NCBI RefSeq assembly: GCF_004010195.1
Contig: NC_057718.1
Coordinates: 67,955,872 to 68,019,871 of the forward strand
Reading direction: 5' to 3'
Source: Chiloscyllium plagiosum
Taxonomy: Eukaryota
Length of the DNA: 64,000 nt
Part shown: in pieces, positions 49,995-63,154 of the stretch
How positions within the stretch are numbered: position 1 is the stretch's first letter
Layout: each line of letters begins with the position of its first letter
Translations under genes and position numbers: made by a program
Notes under the pieces: model-generated
Database searches by the model: none
Told to the model about the DNA's origin: nothing
What the model saw: the letters and a program-made list of their open reading frames with translations, nothing else

Positions 49995-52530
49995 TATTTG
50001 ACTCTGTGTCTCGATGCGAAGAGCATTTGTAGTAAGGTGGATGAATTAACTGCATGAACAGTTATTAATGGATATGATGTAATTGGGATCGCAGAGACCT
50101 GGCTCCAGGGTGACCACGGATGGGAGCTCAACGTCCAAGGTTATTAAATTTTCAGGAAAGACAGACAAAAAGGAAAGGGAGGTGCAGGTAGGATTGCTGG
50201 TTAAGGAGGAGATTAAGACAATAGTAAGTGAGGTCATTAGCCTGGACAATGTGGAATCAATATGGGTGGGGCTGCGGAGCACCAAAGGGAAAAAGACATT
50301 GGGAGTTTTATACAGACCACCAAACAGGAGTTGTGATGTTGGGGACTGTATCACCCTGGAAATTAGAGGTGCATGCAGTAAGTGTACAGCAGTTAGTATA
50401 GGTGACTTCAATCTACATGTTGATTGGACTAACCAAACTGGTAGCAATGCAATGGAGGAGGATTTCTTGGAATGTATGAGGGTTGGTTTCCTCAACCAAA
50501 ATGCCGAAGAACCAACGAGAGAGCAAGCCAACCTAGTATTGGCTTGTGTGTGAGAGCCTTTGAGGAACAGTGACCACATTATGGTAGAATTCTTCATTAA
50601 GATGGAGAGTGACACAATTAAATCTGAAACTAGGGCCCTGAACTTAAATCTAACTTTGGTATAAGGCATAGATTGGCTTGGATAAATTGGGCAAGGGTAG
50701 TTAAGGGGTTGATGGTGGATAGGCAATGGCAGACATTTAAAAAAACACATGGATGAATTTCAGCAATTGTACATCTCTGACTGGCATAAGAGTAAAACAG
50801 GGATGGTGACTCAACCATGGGTAACAAGGGAAATCAGGAATAGTATTAAAACCAAAGGGAATGCATATAAATTGGCTAGAGAAAGCAGTAAACCTGAGGA
50901 CAGGGAGAAATTTAAAATTCAGCAGAGGACAGTAAAATGTTTAATTTGGAAAGAGAAAACAGAATATGAAAGTAAGCTTGTGGAAAACATAAAAACTGAC
51001 TGCAAAAGCTTCTACAGATATTGAGGTGCCGGTGTTGAACTGGGGTGGACAAAGTTTTTTAAAAATCACACAACACCAGGTTATAGTCCAAAGGTTTATT
51101 TGGTGGGACAGGTGATTGAAGCTTTTGATGAAAAGCAGCACTTTGAAAGCTAGTGCCTCCAAATATACCTGTTGGTGTTGTGTGATTTGTAACTTTGTCT
51201 ACAGGTATATGAAGAGAAGAAGACTGGTGAAGACAAATGTAGGTCCCTTGCAGTTAGGATCAGGTGAATTCATAATGAATAAAGAAAAGATAGCAGCCCA
51301 GCTAAACAAACACTTTGGACTTCTCTCCACTCATAATCTTCAGGAAATGCCAGAGGACAGAGGGTAAAGCACAAAGGAGTAACTGAAGGAAATCCTTATT
51401 AGTCAGTAAATGGTATTGGGAATATTGATAGGATTAAAATCGATAAATTCCAAGGGCCTAATGCTCTGCATCCCAGAGTACTTAAGGAAGTGGCCCTAAA
51501 AATAGCAGATGCAATGTTGATCATTTTCCAGCATTTTGTAGACTCTGGAAGAGTTCCAATGGACTGGAGGGTGGCTAATATAACCCCACTTTTTTTTAAA
51601 AAAGGGGAGAGAGAAAAAATGAGGAATTATAGGCCGGTTAACCTGACATTGACGGTGGGGAAAATGCTGAACTCAATCATTAAGGATGTAATAACTGAGC
51701 ATTTGGAAAGCAGCAACAGAATTGGTCCTAGTCAGCTTGGGATTCACTAAAGGGAAATCATGTTTGACAAATCCTCTGGAAACTTTTTGAGCATGTGACC
51801 AGTAGAGGAAACAATGGTGAATCAATAGTTATGTATCTGGACTTTCGAAAGGTTTTTGATAAAGTTCCACACAAGAGATTAGTAAGGAAAATTAAAGCTC
51901 ATGGTATCAGAGGTAATGTATTGACATGGATAAAGAACTGGTTTGCAGACAGGAAACAGCATGGAATAAACAGGTCCTTTTCAGAGTGGCAGGCAGTGAT
52001 GAGTGGGGTGCTAAAGGGTTCCGTGCTGGGACCTCAGCTGTTCATAATATACATTAACGATTTGGATAAAGGAATTAAATACCGTATCTCCAAATTTGCA
52101 GATGACACTCAGCTGGGTGGCAGTATGTGCTGTGAGGAGAATTTTAAGAGGCTGCAGGGTGACTTGGACAGACTGGCTAATTGACCAAATACTTGGCGAA
52201 TGCAATTAAATGTGGATAAACAACAAGGGGTCACAGTCTAAGAGCAAGGGGCAAGCCATTCAGGACTGAGATGAGGAAGAACTTCTTCACTGAGAGTTGT
52301 GAACCTGTGGAATTCTTTCCCGCAGGAAGCTATTGGGCCTGTCCTTTAGATGTATTCAAGAGAGAGCTGGACATGGCCTTTTGCGGCTAAAGGAATCAAG
52401 GGGTGTGGGGAGAAGGCAGGAATAGGATATTGAGATTGAATGATGAGCCATGATCATATTGAATGGTGTACAGCCTTGAAGCCCCAAATGACCTACTCCT
52501 GCACCTATTTTCTATGATTCTATGTTTCTA
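49995..52530 (+). mobile_element. Decayed CR1-type LINE (EN-RT-tail, internal deletions)
   Basis: ORFs GVLYRPPN...IGDFNL, DWRVANITPLF, YLDFRKVFDKVPH...KFADDT; (ctatgtt)n tail. Confidence 0.9.
51022..51197. mobile_element. Family 2 Penelope-like fold-back element nested in CR1
   Basis: TSD tctacagatat (51011-51021) and tctacaggtat (51198-51208); decayed core TTGATGA-AAAGC-AGC-ACTTT-GAAAG-CTA on +. Confidence 0.72.
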
Positions 52531-52878
52531 TGCTACCCCTTTATCAAAGCACGATTTGAGTATTTATAAAGCCATCTCTTGACAGTTGGGAAAGTAGTGT
52601 CTTGTTATTTCAAGTTGGTTGCTGAAGGACTATCTACATTGACAAGCCTTAACTCCAACATTGGCAATTTCAACATGGCCACAAAATATAAGTCAATGGT
52701 TTGGAAATACATAGGTCACTATTCTGTATTACATGAATGCAGCGTCTCGTCACTGTCAAAGTGTGAAAATTGTCACTTAATTTTCAGGAGGTTTAGTTTG
52801 GGTTGGTTTCTTAGGCCCACATAATTTGGTTGTCCTGTCTCCGAATAGAGGTTCAGTATGGCTGCCATTCCCCATCAG

Positions 52879-53086
52879 AGTTAAAAATCACACAACACCA
52901 GATTATACTCCAACAGTTTAATTGGAAGCACTAGCTTTCGGAGCACTGCTCCTTTATCAGGAGGTTGTGTTGAAGGAGCGGCGCTCCAAAAGCTAGTGTG
53001 CTTCCAATTAAACCTGTTGGACTATAACCTGGTGTTGTGCGATTTTTAACTTTGTGCACCCCAGTCCAACACCGGCAACTCCAAAT
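52879..53086. mobile_element. Family 2 Penelope-like fold-back element, perfect 13-bp TSD, two mutated hammerhead cores
   Basis: TSD cattccccatcag at 52866-52878 and 53087-53099; long inverted arms; minus core 52932-52960 CTGATAA-A-GGAGC-AGT-GCTCC-GAAAG-CTA. Confidence 0.82.
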
Positions 53087-53239
53087 CATTCCCCATCAGG
53101 AAATTGAGTCTCTCAAGTTGAAGGAGGCATTTTACAACATAACTATTTTGGAAAGTCCCAAAATTGTAATGTTTTTAGAATTCATGTTCTGCTGGTTTCT
53201 AAAATGTTTTCGACCTTAAGTCTTATCATAATGTTAGCA

Positions 53240-55080
53240 TGCCTTATCTTTCAAATTGATAGGATACTCAACTTCCTCAGGAAGAGATTATAGAATTGTT
53301 CAAAGACATAATTTTGTTGCGAGCTACACAATGTTTTCCTCTGCTTATTACTTCCTCAGTCCAACTCTGTCTTCATACCTTTGTAATTGCATTTAATTAG
53401 GATGCTTGTTTGAGTTCCATGTTTCTCACTCTCAAACTGAATTTGAAATCCCTTCATGTTGTGATCATTTTTGCCTTGAGAGTCCTTTGCTATGAACATG
53501 TTAATTAACCTTGCTCCATTACAAATTAGCAGATATATAATAGCCCATTTTCTGATTGGTTCTATGAATTTTAGTAAGAAACTGCCCTGAAATATTCTAT
53601 ATGCTCATTCTCAAGGTTACCATTATGAATTTGATTTGTTTAATCTACAGGAAACTAAAAAATCCAAGAACTGTTGTCCATCTTTCTTATAAGCCCCCAT
53701 TATTTCTTGATTTATGCTTTGTCCAAGAATGTACTGACAGAGTGCCACCATTAACTTTATTCTCTTGCTATTTTTCTTGTCTTCAGCCAAACTGATTTAT
53801 ATCTTGACGTAGGCCAAAATCATTCTTCAGAATTATATTTATATTATTCTTTACGAACAAAGCTACCCATTTCCTCCATCTTTTTGCTTTTCCTTCTGAA
53901 ATTTCAAATACTCCTGAATATTCAGTTCCAAGCTTTGGTCAGCATCAAACCACGTCTCTGTCAGAATATCGTAGAATCCCTACAGTGTGGAAACACGCCA
54001 TTTGGCCCAGCAAGTCCACACCGACCCTCCGAAGAGTATCCTACCCAGACCCATTCCCCTCCCCTATTACTCTACATTTCCCCTGACTAATGCACCTAGT
54101 CTACACATCCCTGAACATAATAGGCAATTTACCATGGCCAATTCACCTAAGCTGCACATTCTTTGGAGTGTGGGAGGAAACTGGAGCAGCCCAAGGCTAG
54201 AATCGAACCATAGTCCCTGGCGCTGAGAGGCAGCAGTACTACCCACTGAGCCACCATGCTACCCATTATGCCTGTTTGTTTCTATTTGTGCCATCAATTA
54301 ATCTATTTTGTTTCAAATGCTGCTCAGACAGAGAGCATTTAAATGTGGTTTGACTATTTTTCCCAACTAGTACCCTATTTACAGGTATCGCTGTTATTAT
54401 GTTTGCATGCTCTGTCCTTTCCTGTTACCTTCTGGTTATCATTACCCATATTAGTACCTCCACTACAATTTTTAATGCACTTTACTTCCCATACCCACAA
54501 TTTCATTCAAAGTTCTTTGTATAGCCCTCGTTATTTCATAAGCATAACTTTAATCCCAATATTGTTCAGGTGAAGGTGGTCTCATTGCAACCATCTTTTT
54601 CTTTCCACAGTACTGATGTCAGTGTCCCATGAGTTGAAATTCATTTCTTTCACCCAGTCTTTAAGCCAAACATTCAACTTTCAGATTGTATTTACCCTAT
54701 GCCACTTTGCTGATGGTTCAAGTAATAACCTCAACTTTTAATACCTTTCTTTGCTTTTTACTGAAGTCCCTGGGTGCTCAAGCTCCTCAAACAAAGTTAC
54801 ATCCTGAGTCCTACCTTTGTCATTGATGCCCACATTTACCACAAGATCTGGATCTTTTAATTTCCATTCCAAGGTTCTTGCTACCCCTGAGGAGCTGTCC
54901 TCAACCATGGCACTAAGCAGGCAACACAATACTGCTTGATAGACATATACTTTTAGCTGCAGAGAGCAGTATCATTTTTTGTTCCCAGTAGTGACTACAG
55001 TCCTTCTGTTTCCTATGCTAGAATGATCTCTTGAATCATAATGCTGTGGTAAGATTGCTCATCCACCCTTTTGTTCCTAA
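53240..55080 (-). mobile_element. Old CR1-type 5' region (ORF1 esterase-like and EN), split by a deleted HE1 SINE at 53963-54264
   Basis: Minus ORF DPDLVVNVGINDKGR (GxND block); sequence parallels 34440-36050. Confidence 0.65.
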
Positions 55081-55207
55081 TCTTGTCTACATGGGATGCA
55101 AGGAGATAAGTGTAGGGGCTGAGGTACCTCCAACATTGATTTCCTGTCAGCATCATTTGAACTCATAGAAAGCGGGCTATACCACCAGTGCTTTATCTGG
55201 AGGCTCA

Positions 55208-55241
55208 CTGATGATGTTACCTAGAATGGTGACGAAACGTC
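55208..55241 (+). ncRNA. Minimal hammerhead core (family 3) within Penelope-like repeat of about 55165-55322
   Basis: CTGATGA-T-GTTACC-TAGAAT-GGTGAC-GAAAC-GTC; 6-bp stem II; flanks homologous to 63155-63260 on the opposite strand. Confidence 0.72.
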
Positions 55242-55329
55242 AGAAAACAAACCTTCCACCTCAGCAAGCAATCTATATCCAGAACCTCAACCTGAGCTGC
55301 AAATCTTCTCAAAATGCACTAAGGGATAG

Positions 55330-58300
55330 GTATTTACCACAGGGCAAGAGTTCTAACTGGGGAAAGGGCAATTATGATGCAATTAGGCAAAATTTAGGGA
55401 GAAGAAAAACTGCAGGGGATGGGCACAATGAAAATGTGGAGATTATTCAAGGAATAGCTACTGCGTATCCCTGATAAGTATACACCCGTCAGACAGGGAA
55501 GAAGTGGTCGAGCAAGGGAGCCATGGTTAACTAAAGAAGTTGAATCTCTTGTCAAAAGGAAGAAGAAAACAACTTATGTTAGGATGATATGTGAAGGCTC
55601 AGTTAGGACACTTCAGAGTTACGTGTTAGCTAGGAAAGGCCGAAAGAGAGAGCTAAGAGTAGCCAAGTCGGGACATGAGAAGTCGTTGGCAGATAGAATC
55701 AAGGAAAACCCTAGAGCTTTCAAGAATAAAAGAATGACTAGAGTGAGATTAGGCCCAATCAAGGATAGTAGTGGGAAGTTGTGCGTGAGTCAGAGGGGAC
55801 GGGAAGTGCTAAATGAATATTTTTTGCTTAATGTTCCAGGATACAAATGCTACAGGAAGCACAGAAAGGGAGGCAAGAGAGATGGGGGAGTGGTGTTTTT
55901 GATAAGGGATAACATTACAGCTGTACTGAGGGAGGGTATTCCCAGAAATATATGCAGGGAGGTTATTTGGGTGGAACTGAGAAATAAGAAAGGGATGATC
56001 ACCTTATTTGGATTGTATTATAGACCCCCCTAATAGCCTTAGGGAAATTGAGAAACAAATTTGTAAGGAGATCTCAGTTATCTGTAAGAATAATAGGGTG
56101 GTTATGGGAGGGGATTTTAACTTTCCAAACATAGACTGGGACTGCTATAGTGTTAAGGGTTTAGATGGAGAGGAACTTAAGTGTGTACAAGAAACTTTTC
56201 TGAATCAGTATGTGGATGTACCTACTAGAGAAGGTGCACAACATGACCTACTCTTGGGAAATAAGGCAGAACAGGTGACTGAGGTGTCAGTGGGGGAGCA
56301 CTTTGCGGCCAGCGACCATAATTCCATTAGTTTTAAAATAGTGATGGAAAAGGATAGACCAGATCTAAAAGTTGAAGTTCTAAAATGGGAAGCCTTCAGA
56401 AATGAGATAACGAGAGTGCAGAAACAGTATGTTCCTGTTAGAGTGAAAGGAAAAGCTGGTAGGTACAGGGAATGCTGGATGACTGAAGAAACTGAGGGTT
56501 TGTTTATGAAAAAGAAGGAAGCATATGTCAAGTATAGACAGGATAGATCAAGTGAATCCTTCGAAGAGTATAAAGGCAATAGGAGTATACTTAAGAGAGA
56601 AATTAGGAGGGCAAAAAGGGGACATGAGATAGCTTTGGCAAATAGAGTTAAGGAGAACCCAAAGGATTTTACAAATACATTAAGGACAAAAGGGTAACTA
56701 GGTACACGAGTATCTTGCATCAGTATTTACTGTGGAAAAGGACATGGGAGAGAGAGAATGTAGGGTAATAGATGGTGACATCTTAATAAATGTCCATATT
56801 ACAGAGAGGAAGTGCTGGATGTCATGAAATGCATAAAAGTGGGTTAAATCCCCAGGACCTGATCAGGTGTACCCTAGAACTCTATGGGAAGCTAGAGAAG
56901 TGATTGCGGGGCATCTGGCTGAGATATTTGTATCATCGATAGTCACAGGTGAGGTGCCGGAAGACTGGAGATTGGCTAACATGGTGCCACTGTTTAAGAA
57001 AAGTGGTAAGGACAAGCCAGGGAACTATAGACTGGTGGGCAAGTTGTTGGAGGGAATCCTGAGGGACAGGATGTATTTGGAAAGGCAAGGACTGATCAGG
57101 GATTGCCAACATGGCTTTGTGCGTGGGAAATTATGTCTCACAAACTTGATTGAGTTTTTTTTGAAGAAGTAACAAAGAGAATTGATGAGGGTAGAGCGGT
57201 AGATGTGATCTATATGGAGTTCAGTAAGGTGTTTGACAAGGTTCCCCATGGGAGTGTGATTAGCAAGGTTAGATCTCATGGAATACAGGGAGAACTAGCC
57301 ATTTGGATACAGAACTGGCTCAAAACTGGAAGTGGTGGAGGGTTGTTTTTCAGACTGGAGGCCTGTGACCAGTGGAGTTCCACAAGGATCAGTGCTGGAT
57401 CCACTACTTTTTATCATTTATATAAATGATTTGGATGTGAGCATAAGAGGTATAGTTAGTAAATTGCAGATGACACCAAAATTGGAGGTGTATTGAGTAC
57501 AGGAGTTGAGGGGTCATGTTGCGGCTGTACAGGACATTGGTTAGGCCACTGTTGGAATATTGCACTTAATTCTGGTCTCCTTCCTATCGGAAAGTTGTTG
57601 TGAAACTTGAAAGGGTTCAGAAAAGATTTACAAGGATGTTGCCAGGGTTGGAGGATTTGAGCTATAGGGAGAAGTTGAATAGGCTGGGGCTGTTTTCCCT
57701 GGAGGAACAGAGGCTGAGGGGTGACCTTATGATTTTATAAACCTCTATGAGGGGCATGGGTTGGATAAATAGATGAGGTCTTTTCCCTGGAATGTGGGAG
57801 TCCAGGACTACAGGGCATAGGTTTAGGGTGAGAGGGGAAAGATATAAAAGAGACCTAAGGGGCAACGTTTTCACACTCAAGTTGGTATGTGTATGGAATG
57901 AGCTGCCAGAGGATGTGGTGGAGGCTAAATAGTTACAACATTTGAAAGGCATCTGGATGGGTATATGAATAAGAAGGATTTGTAGGAACTTGTAGGTCTG
58001 GCAGGTGGGACTAGATGAGATATCTGGTCTGCATGGACGAGTTGAACCGAAGGGTCTGTTTCCTTGCTGTACATCTCTGACTGTTTGACTGTATGACTTG
58101 AGGCTGTTTTCATTAGAAAAGAAGGTTGAGAGGTGACTTAATTGAGACATATAAGATAATCAGAGGGTTAGATAGGGTGGACAGTGAGAGCCTTTTTCCT
58201 TGGATAATGATGGCGAGCACGAGGAGACATAGCTTTAAATTGAGGGGTGATAGATATAGGACCAATGTCAGAGGTAGTTTCTCTCAGAGAGTAGTAAGGA

Positions 58301-58490
58301 TGTGGAACGCCCTGCCTGCAACAGTAGTAGACTCGCCAGCTTTAAGGGCATTTAAATTGTCATTGGATTAACATTTGGATGAAAATGAAATAATGTAGGG
58401 TAGATAGGCTTCAGATTGGTTTCACAGGTCAGAGCAACATTGAGGGCCGAGGAGCCTGTACTCCATTGTAATGTTCTATCTTTCTATGAA
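55330..58490 (+). mobile_element. Stacked CR1-type LINEs (55330-55825, 55826-58095 EN-RT-tail, 58096-58490 3' end)
   Basis: ORFs GLYYRPP, MGGDFNFPNIDW...SDHNSISF, EDWRLANMVPLFKK, VFDKVPHG and LRGDLIETYKI; two 3' tails. Confidence 0.9.
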
Positions 58491-58619
58491 TCCGACAATG
58501 CTCTTAAATTTTCCACTTCCTCGATATTGATCATTGCACTTCTCACAGCCCATTTAAGCCAACTTTTCCGAATGTTCCCCACTGGCCTTACTCTGACTTT
58601 GCATGTTCTCTAGATTATA

Positions 58620-60245
58620 TTCCTGCTGCAATCTGTCTCCAATTTTGCCTTGTTCATGAGACCCATGCCCTTCCTGCTCACTTCTATTCTGAAAATACTG
58701 TGAACCACTTATCTTTGTTCTTGAACCACATGATAGCTGAATATGTTAACAGTTCATTCTCCCAGGTACTGACCACTAACCGTGCCCACCCGTCAAAGTC
58801 CTTGTATGTGTGCCCATCTTTTCTATAATCCTGTGACTGAATCCTTCCAATCAATGTTCTAGCCTGGCAGCAGTTTAAATGAGCCCTTGTCAAAGGTGCA
58901 AATGCCATTCCTTGCAACTGCAACCATGATAGACTATTTTCTCACACCCTTCATGTCCAATTGGCAACCTTTGAGACAGCTGACTGCAAAATTCACCTCC
59001 ATCATCCAGAAGAGTGGAGCTGTTTTAGCTTGGTTCCATTCTTACTCATTAAAGCATACCCAGGGAATCAAGTTGCTGTGACTTCTTTACCTGTTCCCAC
59101 TTCATTACGTGGAGTCTCATAAGGACCTAACCCCTAGCTCTTTTCTATTCCATATCTCCATGCTACTGCTCAACAATACCATCAAAAAACAAACATGTTC
59201 CACATGTAGGCCGATGCCACTCAGCTCATGGGAGTCTCAAAGTATGGGACTTTGAAACAAGGGGGCACTTATTTATACTGAGATGTGAAGGAATGTCTCC
59301 TGAGGATAGTGAATGTCTGGAAATCTCTCAAAGTTTTCAAAGAGGCGGCAGATAAATTTTTAAAATATCAGGGGGTTTCAGGTTATGAAAAGCTGGCGTG
59401 AAAGAGTTGATGTCAGTGGCAGATCAGCCATGATCTTAGAGAGGTTGAAAGGCCGGCTCCTTTTTTTTATGTTCTTCCTCAGCTCGACCTCACCGCAGCG
59501 TCCTTGAGTCCCTCCATTTTCTCTGTCACGCTGCCTGATATCAGATATTCAATGAGCAGAAACCTCCAAGTATAATTTAGGAAAACTGAAGCTACTTTGT
59601 GTGATTCCTACCATAAATTATGTTCCTTAACCATCCCTGGCAAGACTCGAATTATCCTTCAAGTTATTCAACCTGAAATGCATTTGCAACCTCACATTCA
59701 CACCAATGCCAAGTCTGCCAAATTTCACGTTCATAACATAAGTTGACTGATCTTGCCCACATTTATCTGTGTTGAACCCCTTAATCATATCTTTCTTTCC
59801 TCTAGACGTGATTCAGTCAGTGCTCTCCAGGCCAATCTTCCTTCTTCACCCGTACTTAAACTAGTCCTTATCCAAAAGCACCCTACTAGTAACTCACTCC
59901 AAATCCCATTCATCCCTATATTTGATTACCTTAATCCTTGCTTTCAAATTTCTCTGACCTTGTTCCTCCCCTCTCTGTATTCCCCAATAGCCTCAGGATC
60001 TTTGAGCAAGTCTGATTTTAATTGCTTCACCTTTGGATGTGCTTTTAAATGTATTGATTACAAACTTCTCCCTCAGTCTTTCCAACATCTAAGATGGTCC
60101 TGAAACCCTCCCCCTTTGATCAAACTTTTGGTCATCTGACCTCTCATTTCCTTTCCTGGCTTGGTGTCAAAAATATTTTTATTGATACCACTCTTTCTAG
60201 TTACCATAGGATATTTTACAACATAAAATTCTCTGTGTAAAGGTT
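58620..60245 (+). mobile_element. Ancient L2-type LINE fragment (CR1-type tail inserted at about 59230-59475)
   Basis: GAVLAWFHSY; gttccacatgtaggccgatgccactcagctc is a decayed FHMYADDTQL; L2-like 3' end near 60200-60245. Confidence 0.6.
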
Positions 60246-60764
60246 TGATGTTTGTTGCAACTTGAATTAGACACGTTTCCCTGGAACAAGCAACAGTGGC
60301 AAAGATTTGAACCTCTTTAAATTTAATTCCTTGGTTTTGAATTCTCTAACTTGAAACAAAGTATTTGTAGCTAATTTTTGGGGTTTGGTAGAAGATACTT
60401 GAGTCTGTGTGAGTAATAGCTGGATGGGAACAAACAAGTTAGAAATGCAATCTAAGTATTTCGTCATCATCCTCCATGATCTAATCTTCATTCAGCCACT
60501 ACTCTTGGATGTGAAAGAGGAGAAACAAAACATTGAGTCACAAACCTTTTTTTAACACCATTTTTAAACAGTTTAACATAACAAGCAGGATTCCATTTTC
60601 CACCATTCCAGTTATTGATCCATAACAATATTTCAGAAATGACTAGACCTAGCCAGATGTGGAAACAATGATTTTAACAGATTTTATCATCTAGCTCATA
60701 CATTTTCCCTGAAGGGTATGTGTTATTTGGTTTTATCAAATTAAAAATTGTGCACATACCGTCC

Positions 60765-61827
60765 TGAAGGAAAATCAGGATGGTAAGAAAACTTTGCACA
60801 TAATGACATTTAAAGTAACCTGGAGGTCGTTTGTCTTAAGCGGACTTGCTACATGCATTCTTTGTAAGAAGGTGGCGAATTCATTACATGGGCTGGATGT
60901 TTTCAGAGCCCTGCCATTTGAAAAGGCAGTGAGGAACACAGTACTATTGATTATGGCAGCTCAGTAGCCATTTAACGTGCCAATACAAGTTATTTGGCTG
61001 TAGATGAATAAATAGGGTGTTTCGTTTATTTGTGTGCACGTGTGTGTTATGGTTGGAGGAGAAACCCATGAAAGGAAAATAGACCCTCAACAGAGGTTCT
61101 TTTCTTCCCTTCCTCTACGGATTACCTTCCAAACTTTCTACATCACTCGAACATCCTTCAATCAGCCTTCTAGTTGGCCAATGACTGAGAACCTCAGCTG
61201 GGGTAAGATTGGGCAGGCTGGTCTCACCTTCAATTACCCCTGTCACATGAAGAATTGACAAGAAGGTTATCCTGAGAGTTTACAGTCCTCCACCGATAGC
61301 CATTGAGAAAATTCTTCCCATGCAGTATTGACCTCAATATCTTGACTGCGTAACTGTAAATTTGTCTTAAAGTTGAATTTTTACATATGGTCTTCAGAGT
61401 TATGGTCTTTTTTTTAACACATTGGCTAGGCCAGTGTTATTTAACCACATTGCTGTGGGTCTGGAATTACATATAGATGAGACTGAGTAAGGACGGTAGT
61501 TTCTTTCCCTAATGGACATTGGTGAACCAGATGAGCTTTTCCCAATGATCAACAGCTGTTTCACAGTCATCATTAGATTCTTAATTCCAGGATTTTATTG
61601 AATTCAAATTCTACCATCTGCCATAGCGGGATTCAGACCTGACTCTCTAGATTAACATTCGAGCTATAATACCAGTAGGCCATTGTTTTTCCAGTGAAGA
61701 TAATTAACTCAGGGTAGGTATTGTTGGGGATTTTTTTCAGTTCTAACTCCGCTTAAGACAAACGACCTTCAGGTTACTTTAAATGTCATTACGTGCAAAG
61801 TTTTCTTACCGTCCTGATTTTCCTTCA
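60765..61827. repeat. 80-bp inverted repeat pair (60765-60844 and 61748-61827), 77/80 identical, 903-bp spacer
   Basis: Direct base-by-base comparison of the two arms. Confidence 0.92.
61410..61690 (-). mobile_element. Family B SINE, decayed
   Basis: Matches 34826-35160. Confidence 0.7.
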
Positions 61828-61834
61828 CACTAAA

Positions 61835-62152
61835 GTGGGCGGCACGGTGGCACAGTGGTTAGCACTGCTGCCTCGCAGCGCCAGAGACCTGGGTTCAATT
61901 CCCGACTCAGGCGACTGACTGTGTGGAGTTTGCACGTTCTCCCTGTGTCTGCGTGGGTTTCCTCCGGGTGCTCCGGTTTCCTCCCACAGTCCAAAGATGT
62001 GCAGGGTCAGGTGAATTGGCCATGCTAAATTGCCCGTAGTGTTAGGAAATGGGTAAATGTAGGGGTATGGGTGGGTTTCGCTTCGGCGGGTTGGTGTGGA
62101 CTTGTTGGGCCGAAGGGCCTGTTTCCACACTGTAATCTAATCTAATCTAATC
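61835..62152 (+). mobile_element. Full-length, low-divergence HE1/V-SINE-type SINE
   Basis: gtgggcggcacggtggcacagtggttagc head, ggttcaattccc B box, V-domain, (taatc)n tail. Confidence 0.92.
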
Positions 62153-63154
62153 ATAGATAATGGAAGGCCAATAGAAGGAAATGATTCAACATTATGCAAA
62201 CCAACAAATGTGTTTATTTCTGTATTGTACATGGCTAATCAAGCAAATAAAATCATAACTTGCTCCTTTAATCATTTCGTCTCTTCATCCAAGTTGTTTA
62301 ATGTATAAAAGAAGTAATTCTTATTACAAGGATTTATAATTACTTTTTGATGCTGCATCTGGTTTCACTTTCTTCCTAGCTTATTTAGGGTAGTTAATAG
62401 AATAAGTTAATAACTCTCCATTGCTCGAGGATGCGCTGGAATAGTCTGGGGCTGCAAATTTTCTATGACCACTGTGTGCTAAACACTATTATCCAATTGG
62501 AAGATACCTTTTACTGTGGAAACTTAATCTTGTGGATGAGCAATGTCAATACTTAGCTTCCTCGGGATATGTTATGTTGAGTGTTGAACATGATTCACCT
62601 GCCACTTATAACTTTCAGGTTCCAGTTGATTTTATCTTTATGAAAAAGTATTTTTCCAAGGTGTACACACTGTGTGGTCATGATAAAATTGTAATGTACA
62701 GTATGATTTAACTATATTTTTCTATAGAGTATATCAAAATAGCTAAAATTTAAACTAACAAGCATATATTTACACAGATATATTGATAAGGGAAGAAGTG
62801 TTACAGTAGGTCAGACATCTTATAAATAACTGCAGGAATGTAAAAGTAACTCATGATGTTAGCAGTATCAGTATTTTCGTATAATCTTTCTTTGAGTGCA
62901 ATGGCAGTGCAGGTTGACCACGAATTAATTTGAATAAACCAGTTTGTGTATTATTTGATTGGCTTCACCGTTGTAACTTAGTTAAACTTGCCTACTATGG
63001 TAATGCAGATAATTAATAGAAAGGAGGGATGATAAGAGCTCTCTTCTGTGATACCTGGCTATGGCAGACCTCTACATTAATTTTAAAAAATGATATTGTG
63101 AACTATTGTTTGGTTTCAAGTGCTATATTTTGCTGCTATCATTAGCTTTCTCTT

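Noticed and set aside
49995..58490. Intact autonomous LINE or domesticated RT gene
   Set aside because: All EN/RT frames are broken by stops, frameshifts, deletions and nested insertions; the long minus ORFs (50046-50750, 56205-56720) are antisense shadows.
61835..61910. tRNA gene (also at the other SINE heads)
   Set aside because: A/B boxes belong to SINE heads that continue into V-domain and LINE-like tails; no complete cloverleaf.
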